Assembly: GCA_964016885.1 (NCBI GenBank)
Contig: OZ024743.1
Span: forward strand, 153,140,001-153,204,000
Length of the DNA: 64,000 nucleotides
DNA from: Eledone cirrhosa
Taxonomy: Eukaryota
Direction: 5' to 3'
The notes beneath the pieces are model-generated. The model saw only the letters and a list, made by a program, of their open reading frames with translations, was not told the DNA's origin and did no database searches. The position numbers were made by a program, and so were the translations under genes. Shown one piece after another: positions 11,631 through 24,242 of the stretch (positions within the stretch are counted from its first letter, which is position 1; the number at the start of each line of letters is the position of its first letter).

Positions 11631-14600
11631 AATAATGGCTTCTTTATTGGCCAGAAGGTCGAACATGGAGAAAAACATTACAGACGGCACTGAATGGCAC
11701 AGACGATACAAAGTGGGTTTTGGCCGTGTAAAAAGGTAATAACAAGAAGATAGAAATATTTTAAAAGATTCAAACAACAAAAATTCCCCAATAGGGGGGG
11801 GGGGGGGCTGCCGAGGGTCACTCGTGGCGAAAACCACAAAAGACCACGGCCACTCTGACCACCAGGGCAAGCGCCCTCTCTCAGCTTTCCACTCTTCAGT
11901 ATACAGGCACATACTCAGAGTGGGCCCGTTCACTCACACCAGACACGCCACTTTCACCCACCTTTCAACAAACTTACTAGAAGACAGCACTTGCCTCTCC
12001 ACCCTGATTTTCCTCTTCAAGTGAAACTTGAAAATGTTAATCAGGGATTTACCGGAGAGGAAAGTGTCTATCATCAACCCTTTCAACCTTGTCCACCACA
12101 CAATCTCTTTTGCCATGGCCACCAGGCAGAGGAAAACTGCCTGCCCATCCTCCTCTTTCAAGGATTATGGCCATCTGCACAATGATAACCGGATCCGTCC
12201 TATATGCGACTGTTCAACATAGCTCCACAAGTCAGCAATTCTCGGGCACTGAACGAGTGCGTGCAAGACGGTTTCATTGCCCTGCGCGCATCTCTGATAG
12301 GCTCGGCTGACAGCACCTCCGTGCCTGTAGAGCTTATCCCGAATCTGCAACGCTCCCCGGTAGCACTGCCAGGCCAGGGATTTCTGGAAGTTGTCCATAG
12401 GCCGCGGGCTGAAAGTTTTCTTGAAGAGAGCGAACAGCTGATCGTCTTCGATATCCAGGGCCTCCTCGAGAATGTCGTCGATCTTCCCTCCACTAGCCCT
12501 CTATAGAACGCAGAGGTGGAAGTTCCACCGATATCAGTGCCCAGCTGGTAGAGGGCGGTGAGCGCTTGGAGACATTCCAGTTTCCAAGCGCTATCCCCCG
12601 GTCTTTGCCTGATCCTAGACTACAGCTCCGTAAAGGAGACGAGCCGGGGAAAAGTTTGTCTGGTATACGGCGACCACACCTGTTCACCGTCAAGGAAGCA
12701 ACAGAGATGTTGCAGCCTTAGCGCATGTTTTCACATCATCAGCCATGGCCTGCCCAGTCCTCCACGCAACGGCTGCTGACAGCAGATGGATCATCTGATC
12801 ATGCGAGCACGTCCCTCTCACAAAAAGCAGGAGAGAATGCGTTCCATTTTGGTCAGAGTTGGGCGGGGGCAAGGTACGACGGTCAGGCGGTAGCAGATGA
12901 CGGACGCGATGTACGCATTCGCTACCTACGCCTGACCTTTCAGAGACAGCCTCCTCTCAGCCCATATCTGGCTGAGAGAGGCCACCCTGCTCGTCACCTC
13001 GCTCCAATTTTTCTCCATCTGTAGATCCGAAGCAAACCAGACCCCAAGCAATTTAACCGCTCCTTCCGCCCAGTGCCCCACGATGCTGTCGGACGGCATG
13101 GACTTGCCTCTCCAGGTGTCGAGTTGCAAGCCCACCTTTTTTCCTGGTTTATCTTTGCTCCTGTCACCGCTTCGTATTCCTTGAGAGCGGTGCCGAGCAT
13201 CTGGACGTATTTGGTGCTCGACACCACCACGGTGACGTCGGCGGCGTAAGCTGACACGGATCTCCCACATCCCAGTTCGTGTGGGACCCCCCTTCATCGT
13301 CTCCAATTTGTACAGTAACAGCTCTAGGGCCAGTACGTACAAGAGGGATGAGAGAGGACAACCCTGGCGGACCAAGGGTATGATGCTGAAAGGCTGCGAC
13401 AGGTGAACATTCACCCTCACAATCGAGCAGATGTCGCTGTGCATCGCAGCGATCCAGCCCCTAAAAACAGGCCCGAAGCCGGTCGCCTCGAGGACCACAC
13501 ACAGGTACCGATGGTCGATCCTATCAAATGTTTTAGATTGATTCAAGTTGAACAGGGCGCCACCCGTGCCAGGTTCCTGAAAAACTCTCTCTATGATGTA
13601 ACGCATGAGATGGAAGTTGTCGTGGATGGATCTGTCTGGAATGGTGCATGCCTGCGCCTCTCCCACCAGATCACCGATGACTAACATTGCTAACACTTTG
13701 GCCAAAATCTTAAACTCTGCGTTTAGCAGAGTTATGGGCCTGGAGTTGTCTATAACGTCCCCCTTGTTCGGGTCTTTTCTCAGCAGCGCCACCGCTCAAC
13801 GGCTCACAATACTTGGAATGCTCCGGATCTTTGCCAGTTGCAGTAGACATCCGCCAAGAGGTCGCCGAACAAGTCTGGCATATACGCATAAAGCTCGTAA
13901 GGCAGACCATCCAAACCTGGCAGTTTACCCTCGTGAAGTCAGACATCGCTTCCCGTATTTCACCTGATTTTATCGGCTTTTCGCAGCACTGCGCTGCGGT
14001 CGTCGAGAGCCACAGCAGTCCGTCGAGGTATGCACCGAAGTCCACACTCCGATCCGGCCCACTGCCGCTCCCGAACAATTGAACAAAGTGCTGTTGAAAA
14101 GCCGCACACATCTGCTCGGATTCGAGCAACATGCCCCCGTTTTGATCAGGCAAAGACCGAATTATGAACTTTTTGCCATGTTGCGCCTCCACCACCCGGG
14201 CCCATTGAACGACTTTCGTCCCCTTGTGCCTTAGAGCACGCGCTCTAGCTCTGACAACGCAGCCTTCATGCTTTGCGTTGAAGAATTGGTCGAGTGCCAA
14301 TCTCGCCGCAAGCACGTCGGTTGCGATGCCTGTGCTAAACACCTCTTCTAGCTTTCTAAATAACTCTCTCTCTACTCTATTTTCTTCTATCACTACTCCT
14401 TTGCTAAACCTTATCGATTCTACTCTAATAACCCTTTCCTGGTTAAACCACTACCTGTTATTGACGATCGCACCCGTCAACGCACGCTTAACTAATTCGC
14501 TAATCCGGTCTCTGTAAGATTTGCGTGCCGGGAACGACACGTTAAGCTTCCAGTAACCGGGCTCTTGCCTATCTAAGTCAACTTCACAGATCACAAATTT

Positions 14601-16765
14601 GTAGTCCGTGTAGTCGACTACTTTAAATTGTGGACAACCTATACTAGCCTTATCTGTTTCTCTACAGAATGCCCTATCTAAATACGAACTGGATGACTCG
14701 ATGCGGTTTGCCTATTCCCACATTGGCACATTCGGATAATACAGTCTATAGCTGTCAGACAGTTCAAAATGTCTGAGCAGGTTGTAGAGGCTTTTACACC
14801 CTTCTACCCTGTCTACTAGCCCCACATAATGCCACATAACACTAAAGAGCGGGACGTTCCAAGAAATGTCTCTAGACGTCTGAAGAAACCTGGCTGTCCT
14901 GCCCTTGCTGGAGTGTAGACGGCTACTAGCCTGAAAGCATTGCCTTCGCTGCCGGTCACGTCCAGCCCCACTGACTTACCTTCTGGGTCCAGCAAGATGG
15001 CCGAGATCCAAGCCTTTCTGAAAAAGCACAGCAACTCCTCCCCCTGGTCCTTGACGGCTGGGAGATGCGTATACATCGTAGCCGCTGAAGATCATCGGTG
15101 CGAAGGCTCGTGCTTCGGAGATTCTGGTATCGCTGATGGCCACCACATCTATGTTTAGTGACCTGAGGTGGTTCAGCATGTGACCCTGCTTCCAAGATGA
15201 CCCCCAGGCCACGTACATGTATACTGCCTATTCTAAGTACCGCCATGTTGGATGAGGAACAGGGTAAGTGAGAAATGATCACTTACCTTGATCTTGTGGA
15301 GAAGGAACAGTAGAACCATCCCTTTGGCTGGACATGGGTGTCTCCAAGACGATATCTTTATAGATTCTCTTGGAGAGTGACCCCCTGATATCCCCAACTG
15401 CGTTGGGGAATTTTTGATTTAATGGTTTGTAGTCTTCGAGTTCAATTTCCACAATGTTAATGTTTTTTTGGTAATGTTCTTGGTGTTGGTGAGGTGTGGT
15501 AATTTACGTCTGAAATATCGGTGTGCTGTTTTATATCTTCCATTAGTCCTTGTGCAATGTTTATGGCTGTGTACTTTTTGGGGGAAGGGGTGGTTTTGTT
15601 GCTGTTTTCTTGTTGTTGCTGTTGGATGTGTGTGATTTGTTGTGTTTGCGATGTTTGTGTTTTTGGTGATGCTGGTGGTGGTGTGGTTGTTGTTGGTGGT
15701 GATGCTTGTGGTGATGATGGTAATGGCGGTGGTGTTGCTGCAAGTCTCCTTGCAGTTTTTATGCTTCTTTCTTTGCCTTCGCTTTTGGAGGGAGAAGCTG
15801 TGGGATTTCTGCGTTTGTTCGTTTTGTTGACAACCGTTTTCCACTCCTCAGCGGCCTCATAATCCATGTCCGACTGTGGGAGGTCGGGGAGGAGTATGAA
15901 TTCTACCCTCTCATTTGTCTTTGTTGTTGTTGTTGTTTTTGGTGGAGCCTGGTCTGCCGTCCTTGGCACAGGTGCAGTTAGTGCAACTGTTTCTGTTGCT
16001 GCAGCTTCCGCCGCTGCTTTTGTTGTCCGTGGCTTTGGAGTGGGTGCCACGGACGTTGTCCTCCTACTGTCTGTAGAAACTTCCGTCTTTTTCGCTGACT
16101 GTTCTGTTTCTGATGGCAGCGGTTCCGGCGTTGGAAGGTGGGGGACCTTGGCTTTTGTTATTTTTTTGTGGGCAGAAATTCCTGATTTGAGACTTTGATC
16201 CACAGTTGAAGCACTTTGGGCGCCTTCCTTCAACAGATATGGGAAGTTGGGAGCCATTCCCGAGGTTTATTACGTCGGGAATAGCGCTGATGCAGTCCTG
16301 GTCAGTTTGGATGAGCATCTCCATTCCAATACCGGACCAGTCCTCTCTTCCCAACTTCTGTACCTGCAGAATGGTTGTTCTATCCTCGATGCCCGCAAGA
16401 ACAGACACGTTCAGCCAAGGCACAGATACGTAGGACGGGACCTGGGTTACCCTGACTTTTGCAAGTTTTTCCCGCAGTAAAACGGGACTAATGTTATGTC
16501 ATCACTCCGTAGGGTCCTCAGTGAGTGCGATTTTGCTTCCTGGGTGGTAGCAAAAAGGACGTCCACAGTAGCATATTTCTTGCCACGGATGATGTGTGTT
16601 TTCCGTGCCCACACAGTTCCTAAGGCCTTCTGGATTTGGGCCTCTGAGGCTTTTTCACACGACGCGATTTCGTGGCAATCGTGCAGTATGACACTGTGCG
16701 TCACTCTTGTTCCTCCAGAAAGTCGGTTGGTTGTTTCAATGACACTGAAAATTCAGTTCTGGTTA
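11631..16765 (-). mobile_element. Tx1-like LINE with decayed ORF1 and ORF2, 5'-truncated in ORF1
   Basis: ORF1 pieces 16447-16704, 16064-16423 (CFNCGSKSQIRNFC, decayed knuckle) and 15457-16257 (P/T-rich); ORF2 pieces 14816-15282, 13710-14393, 12926-13792 and 12994-13257 (SAYAAD). Confidence 0.92.
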
Positions 16766-16769
16766 CCAT

Positions 16770-17640
16770 GTGTCAAGCAACAAGGAGGAAGAGCAACCTT
16801 CATGAAAAATCCCTTCATAGCACCTTCTTTAAGAAAACGGAATTTAGAGATCCACAGACATGGAACTGGTTAAAAAGAGGAGACCTTAAAAAAGCTACAG
16901 AAGGAATGCTAATGGCTGCACAAGAGCACGCTTTCAGAACGAAGTGGCTGAAACACCATATTGACAAGGAGGAGGCTAGCTCACTGTGTAGGATCTGTGG
17001 AGAGAGAGATAGGAGACTGTGGCTCACATTGTATCCGAGTGTAAACACCTAGCCCAGACTCAATATAAAGGCTGGAGACATGATGTGATAAGGAGGGTGA
17101 TCCACTGGCCTCTATGCAAAGTAAACAATTTACCACATTCTGAGAAGTGGTATGAGCATAAGCCAGAGTCGATGATAGAAAACGATCAGGTGAATGTGCT
17201 ATGGGATTTTAGGATACAGATGGACAAGAAATTTGAACACAATAGGCCTGACCTGGTGGTTTTGGACAAGGAAAAAAGATTGTGCCTGATTGTAGATGTC
17301 GCCTGCCCATTTGACAGGAGAGTGCAAGAAAAGGAGGAGAAAATTAACCGATATCAGGATTTAAAGTCGGAGTTAAAAAGGATTTGGAACTGCCATGAAG
17401 TCACGGTCGTGCTGATTGTCATAGGTGCACTAGGTACTATCTCAAAGAGTTTCCAAGGATGGTTAAATTAGTCCAGCCCCGTTTTGGGGGACACTTCAAA
17501 AGCATGCTTGCTGGGAACAGCAAGAACGCTCCGATACGTCCTAAATATCTGAGGCTGCAGGTAGTGGCTTGATATTCATTTCAACAAACTTTCCAGTTAA
17601 ATACCATCAATGACTGTGACTCAAAGAACAATAATAATAA
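16770..17640 (+). pseudogene. 3' part of an R4/Dong-like LINE (CCHC knuckle and PD-(D/E)xK endonuclease) ending in (AAT)n
   Basis: LMAAQE, CRICG...HIVSEC, RHD, LWDFRIQ, NRPDLVV, IVDVACP, RYQDL, IVIGALG in ORFs 16672-17052 and 17019-17471. Confidence 0.9.
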
Positions 17641-17815
17641 TTGTTTCTACTTTTGGCACAAGGCCAGCAATTACCCAGTGCATTACTGGTACTTTATTTT
17701 ATCGACCCCGTAAGGATGAAAGGCAAAGTTAACCTCGACGGGATTTGAACTCAGACCGTAAAGGGACGTAACTATGCTGGAAAGCATGGCGTCCGACCCT
17801 CTACTGATACTGCCA
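17641..17815 (-). mobile_element. Meta-like tRNA SINE, tail-to-tail with the Dong-like element
   Basis: Family match. Confidence 0.85.
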
Positions 17816-18221
17816 TATGACTTACAAAATCAATTTATTCCTATGTAGTTGTATGGAACCATTGAAGGAGAGTAATCAAAGTTCATTATCATGTAACTAA
17901 TTAATTTTATTGTCTGAAAAAATCAAACAATTCCACATTTGTCCTCGAATTTCATTGATGTTCACCCCGTCCCTCCAAACACACAACACATGCATACACA
18001 CACATGCAGACAGAAAGAAAAAACATTCATACACAAAAATAAATGTGAGTGGTTGATGTTTGATCAATATTATATTTGGATAAATAACAAAATAAAACTT
18101 CAAATGTTATATCTTTTATATGTAGTGTTCATCAACTTATCTATGCCAGTTTATAGACTAATATCGGTATACATATGCATGTATTTTGCATATATATTTA
18201 TATATGCATATATACAGACAG

Positions 18222-18342
<121 letters not shown>

Positions 18343-19225
18343 TTGAAATGTTTTTGTTTTAAATTTGGGGAGAGGGCTACAGCCAGCGCCCATGGAATAC
18401 ACAGTTGCATGTTGCACTATACTCGTCCAGATTAAGTCCGCCAGTCTAGAGGAAGCCATGGAAATTGTAAAATTAAAACATAATTTGGTTAACCCCAAGT
18501 CCTAGATCATCATGGCTTGAAGGCACCACGGGGATTAGACTTTTTCTGCACTGAATTTTCCTGTATAGGAGCTTAGCGAATGCTTGGTGCATATGGACAA
18601 CGGAAGGCAGGCCCCACCTAGACACTGGGGTGGCCCAGCGGTTCGCTAAACACCTGAACCGACCTTTGGGCCCACTCTGCATGCACAAATTAGCATTTAT
18701 TTGAACACACACATGCATATAGACTTTCCCATATATGTACTATGGAACAGTACATAACATCTTACACAACGTAAAATTCACGTGTAAGTAAAGACACACT
18801 TATACAATTACAACATGTGAGCACATATCCAACTTGTTCATGCATCCTTGCTTTCGAAATATACCTTTCTGTGGTTGGCTATCTCATCTCTGCAGGCAAT
18901 ATATTAACCATTCACCGGATTTTATTTGATAAATCCTAACTTTCACTACTCTTGTTGCATCTCCAACTGATCCATCTATATTATAGTTTTTAAAATGTAT
19001 TGTTTTCTTTTACACGTATGGGTGGTTGTGTGGCTGTATAGGTACATGTGCATGTGTGTAGGTAAGTGTATATATATATATGTGTGTGGGGTGGGGGGGT
19101 GTATATGTATTTATATATATGTGTATATACGTGTAAGTGTGAGTGTATTATATATGTGTGTGTATTTATATATATATATATATTTGTTTTGCGAGGTTTT
19201 TTATATGAAATCGTGTGTCGAAACA

Positions 19226-19530
19226 AATATTGTTATACTTGGGGAGGGTGAAAGATGGCGTAGATATACATAATAGAGGAACATAATAGCAGCATTGACG
19301 ATGTTGCAGAGGTGCAACGAAAGAACTTTCATAGACTATATATATGTGTTTGTGTCGATATTATATCCGTATTTTTGACCGTTGGTCAGTCAATGGTAAA
19401 CATTGAGGACCAAATGAATTAACTGATATAAAAGATACAGAAGCGAAAACCAACCAAACAGTGAGTGTGTTCTGTTATTAATTCTGGCAATATTATTACA
19501 ATATGATCTTCCTCAAGTATAACAATATAT
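19226..19530 (+). repeat. ~300-bp dispersed repeat (family B) with a decayed hammerhead motif
   Basis: Homologous to 22730-23020; TTGACGA-T-GTTGCA-GAGG-TGCAAC-GAAA at 19295-19322; short inverted terminal segment (19228-19250 vs 19508-19527). Confidence 0.65.
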
Positions 19531-19540
19531 ATATATATAC

Positions 19541-19610
<70 letters not shown>

Positions 19611-19613
<3 letters not shown>

Positions 19614-20786
19614 CTACCATTAATGCGCGGCGTTGCTCGGGGTCAGTAAGTTACCAAAGTTAGGTTGTACCACCCATTTTATGGCAGCATTTTTTTTTTA
19701 TCTGTCAGGCACTGGGTGAATGAATTGCAGACCTGGACTGCCGAAGCAGGAGCTGCGTCAGCAGTGACAATTGTAGTTTCGCCTATGGGTATTATCTCTG
19801 TGCAAAGAAGTGTTGAGATTTATTGTTTCACAATACTTGCGCAACACGCGCGTCGACGATGCCAGCCAAACAACAGAGCTGCGATGGAGTTGTTCTGCAT
19901 GGTTGTCTAATGTGTGTTTTCTAAATTTAAGACAGTAGGGAGGGGTGTGATATGGGGGAGAGATAGCTGCTGTTTCTAGCAGGTTTAGTGACCTCATAGA
20001 GGATATGTTTTCTAAATTTAAGACAGTAGGGAGGGGTGTGATATGGGGGAGAGTTAGCTGATGTTTCTAGTAGGTTTTGTGACCTCATAGAGGATATGTG
20101 TTTTCTAAATTTAAGACAGTAGGGAGGGGTGTGATATGGGGGAGAGTTAGCTGCTGTTTCTAGCAGGTTTAGTGACCTTATAGAGGATATTATTGTGTAT
20201 AGTAAATAAACTGATACTTCTTTCTTCCACGTTCGTTGAGAGATGTTTTAAAAAACATTTATCGCTATTTTTTTTGTTGTTGAATAAATTTATCTGTTGC
20301 TTTTGAATAATTGTTGTTTGGTATGAAATGTAATAAGTTCTCTTCGTTGTCATTGAAGTAAATAAATGTTTGACCGTTCCACACTCAAAAACAAACGTTC
20401 TCTCTCTCTTTCTCACTCTCTTCTCTCTCTCTCTCTCCTTCATTTCTTTCTCTCTTCTTTCTTCCGAGTTCCTAAAGGAAGTTTGTAAGTGTAAGCGTAT
20501 ATAAGAGAAAGTTGCAGCATATATGTAGTTTTATCGAATTTTAAGGGGAGTAGAGAGAGGTTATCAGATTGGATTAGAGGGGTAAACGTCATGTATTTAG
20601 TTTTATCGATTATATCCGTAATTGTGGGTGAGTTGGGAAAAAATAAATAGTCGTTGATCTAAGTTAGACCATTTACATCATTCATACAGACGTTGAGTCG
20701 AATCGGTTTGAAATTGTGCAGAAGTATAAACATGGAACATGCACACATACACACACACACACACAACAATCTGCCTTTTATAGATA
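19611..20786 (+). mobile_element. Helitron/Helentron-type non-autonomous element (HINE/DINE-like)
   Basis: Starts ACTA... with a GC-rich subterminal motif GCGCGGCGTTGCTCGGG; has an internal tandem array; ends (CA)n...CTGCCTTTTATAGATA. Confidence 0.55.
19913..20190. repeat. tandem array, 3 units of ~92 bp
   Basis: CTAAATTTAAGACAGTAGGGAGGGG starts at 19921, 20012 and 20105. Confidence 0.95.
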
Positions 20787-21716
20787 ACTAGCAGTGGTAC
20801 CCGACTTTGCACGGGATAAGGTATTTTGAAACGCGGGCCGCCAACAGACCTAATCGTGGGAAAACTGCATGCCTGGACAATATGTAAAGAAAATAAACCG
20901 AATACTCTGATGGCTGGATTATCTTTAAGGTTTTTCTCAATGAAACAGGAAAAATGCAGGTTTTCACCTAATGCGGGCCCTGGGGTATCAAGAAAATTAA
21001 TTATTTTTATGTGCATAATATATGCCTTGAAATTTCGGGAAATCGGCTAGACGTAATGCCTCCAAAAAGCCCTAAGAAGCTGAAAAAATTAGGTGAAAAA
21101 GTGTTTCACCTAATGCGGGCCCTAGGCCATAAGAAAGTTGGATTTTCTTTGCTTACGGTATGAAGAAGAGACTGACTAATACATAGTTACAATTTCAATG
21201 AAATCGGTCTGACGTAACACCTCAAAAAAACCCTAAAATCTTAAAAAAAACACAGTTTTTCACCTAATGCGTGAAAATAAAGTTGAATTTTTTTATGTGC
21301 ATAACACTCCCTGAAATATAAGTAATACACTTGTAAAGTTTGAAAAAAGTTGGTTGGGTATATCTCGAGTTTTAGGGATTCAAACTCACAGACACACACA
21401 CACACAGACAAACATCCTCAGGGAAGTGACGTAATGCAGACAGCCAGACATACAGACAGATATTATAAGGGCGCGACGTTATATGTATGTATCTATCTAA
21501 AAAGAGAAAGACTAAGAATTATAGAGCGAGATCGCTAAATCGCCTATTGCGGTCCCTAGGGCATAGAAAATTTGAAATTTCTTTCCTCAGAACACTCCCT
21601 CAAACATAAGTATTACATGTGTAAAGTTTGAAAATAGTCGGTTTCGTGGTTCTCGAGTTTTAGGGATTCGAACTCACACACACACAGACAGACATCCTCA
21701 GATGATATATATATAT
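20787..21716 (+). mobile_element. second Helitron/Helentron-type non-autonomous element
   Basis: Starts ACTAGCAGTGGTACCCGACTTTGCACGGG; TTTCACCTAATGCG recurs three times; the 3' module ending (CA)n-GACATCCTCAG is duplicated (21305-21421 and 21592-21701). Confidence 0.55.
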
Positions 21717-21818
21717 CTGTGTGTGTGTTTTTTATTTTGTATTTTAATTATTGGCAACATGACCCTCCCAAAGTATAACAATATTTTAATTTCTTTATCT
21801 CTTTACAATTCATCACCC

Positions 21819-22099
21819 TCTGAAATAGCTATATATATATGAATGTATATATAGTGTATTTTGCAATACACTGTATGCTTAATTAAAAGCATTTCGAAGA
21901 CCTTATGCTATTGTTTTAGAGTAGTGACAGACTCACTTACTTTAATTTTCAGCAAACAGGAGGAGATAAAGCTGACAAGGCCTTGTTTTGCATTTACTGA
22001 TGCTTATCAAAGCCAACTACTCCCCCTGTTTGCTGAAGTAATGGATGTTTGGTTCTTATAGAATTCTAGTAAATAATCAGGAACTGATTATACAGAGCG
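21819..22099 (-). mobile_element. retrozyme-like repeat family A, inverted partial copy
   Basis: Reverse complement of 22232-22490 plus the unit junction. Confidence 0.8.
21947..22038 (-). ncRNA. type I hammerhead ribozyme, U3-A8 core, G12A-mutated copy
   Basis: Minus strand GGCT-TTGATAA-GCAT-CAGTAA-ATGC-AAAA-CAAGGCCTTG-TC-AGCT with a long distal stem I. Confidence 0.75.
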
Positions 22100-22593
<494 letters not shown>

Positions 22594-22656
22594 ATATATA
22601 TATACGAAATTTCTATACATATTTGTATAAAGCTATGCTTGAAGCGAAATTGTATT

Positions 22657-22688
<32 letters not shown>

Positions 22689-22729
22689 GAGAGAGACAAG
22701 AAGAAATAAATTAATTAACTTTACAATGC

Positions 22730-22792
22730 AATGGGAGGACACATAATAGTACCACTGATGATGTCGCAGATGTGAGACAAAAGAACTTTGAT

Positions 22793-22853
<61 letters not shown>

Positions 22854-23019
22854 CTGTATTTTTAACCATTGGTCAATCAATGATAAACATTTATTGCCAA
22901 ATAAATTAACTATGGAGATATAAAAGATACAAAAGCGAAAACCAACCCAAACCAAACAGTGAGTGTGTTCTGTTATTATTTATGGCAATATTATAACAAT
23001 ATGACCCACCCCAAGTATA

Positions 23020-23020
<1 letters not shown>
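22730..23020 (+). repeat. family B repeat, second copy, with a decayed hammerhead motif
   Basis: CTGATGA-T-GTCGCA-GATG-TGAGAC-AAAA-GAACTT at 22755-22788; interrupted by (TA)n. Confidence 0.65.
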
Positions 23021-23076
<56 letters not shown>

Positions 23077-23339
23077 TAGTTATGTGTGTAACAACAGTTA
23101 CAGGTAGCTTGCCATTTAAAGCATTCAATGCTGTTACAATGTCTGTTTCATTTGGGTTGTATTCCAGTGCTATGGCTGTAGTGTTCAGGGTATAAACAGA
23201 TTTAAAAGAGCCGAAGTCAGTGTTGCGGCATACGTACAAACCTTATTTGTACATATGCTTCATAACTGACCTCGCCTCTTTTAGATCAATCCAGCTATCT
23301 CTCTATCTCTCTATGTATCTATCTTTCTATCTATCTTTG

Positions 23340-23929
23340 CACCTCACAGCCCTGTTCAGTGCCCAGGGGTGACTGACCTGTGGAATTATGTTGAACAGCT
23401 ACTGTCACATGTGGGACGCATCCAGTTGTCAGCCGAATCCACCGTGAGGATCATGCCGCTGCCATTAAGAATGAAGGTGGCTATGGCGAAAGAGGTAATA
23501 TGGTGGATGAGGTTAAAAGGACTGAGGGCAAACACCTTTCTCTCATCCCCTTCTTTAAGTACGACTTCAGAAGGAAGGCTGCGAGTTGAGAGAGAGCTGC
23601 TACACCCCAGTAAATCCACTGAAAGGTGGGTGAATGTGGCGAAAATGGCATGAGTGAATGGGCCTTCTCTGTATATAAACCTGTAGGTTGAGGAAAAGAA
23701 ACAGAGGGAAGACGGGAACACCTACAAAACGTGCTCCTGGTGTTGAGGGTTGTTCTATCCACAGGGTGTAAAACAACCCCGCAGTAACGTTCCCCCATTT
23801 AGGAGACTTTGATTGTTTTATTTTGTATATATTTTATTGTTATCCATTATTATTGTTAAACATTTTATGTAAAACCCCCACCGTCACGTCTTGTAATGTC
23901 CCATTTTTGTTTGCACCCGTGGCAAATAA

Positions 23930-23930
<1 letters not shown>
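23340..23930 (+). mobile_element. 5'-truncated Tx1-like LINE between (TATC)-rich tracts
   Basis: ORF 23369-23653 (DLWNYVEQLLS, KEVIWWMRLKGL); AATAAA then (TCTA)n. Confidence 0.88.

Positions 23931-24008
<78 letters not shown>
23931..24008. repeat. (TATC)n microsatellite
   Basis: Direct reading. Confidence 0.98.
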
Positions 24009-24009
<1 letters not shown>

Positions 24010-24242
24010 CCCAATCTAGCTGTCGTCTGTTCTACAGTGTGGATGTCATTCACTTCGCACAGAAGTTTTGTTCAAATTTTTTGAGGAAATTTTGTGAGTT
24101 CAAACTTAATTTTGATACAATTGTGTAGCTTGACCCTCCGTCTGAACTGTCAGGCGGTGGGTCAGCTCATCTTTACCCCTCCTAGAGGTGAAAAACCTGT
24201 TTTAAAAAATTTTGTGTAAAAAATTTCAATCGTCTAACAGAA

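Noticed and set aside
18535-18565. Minus-strand GGAAAATTCAGTG resembling RNase P conserved region I
   Set aside because: I could not find a matching CR-V/P4 partner or a closing P1 helix.
19913-20190. Regularly spaced repeats resembling a CRISPR array
   Set aside because: The units are contiguous ~92-bp near-identical copies with no unique spacers; there are no cas genes and the context is eukaryotic.
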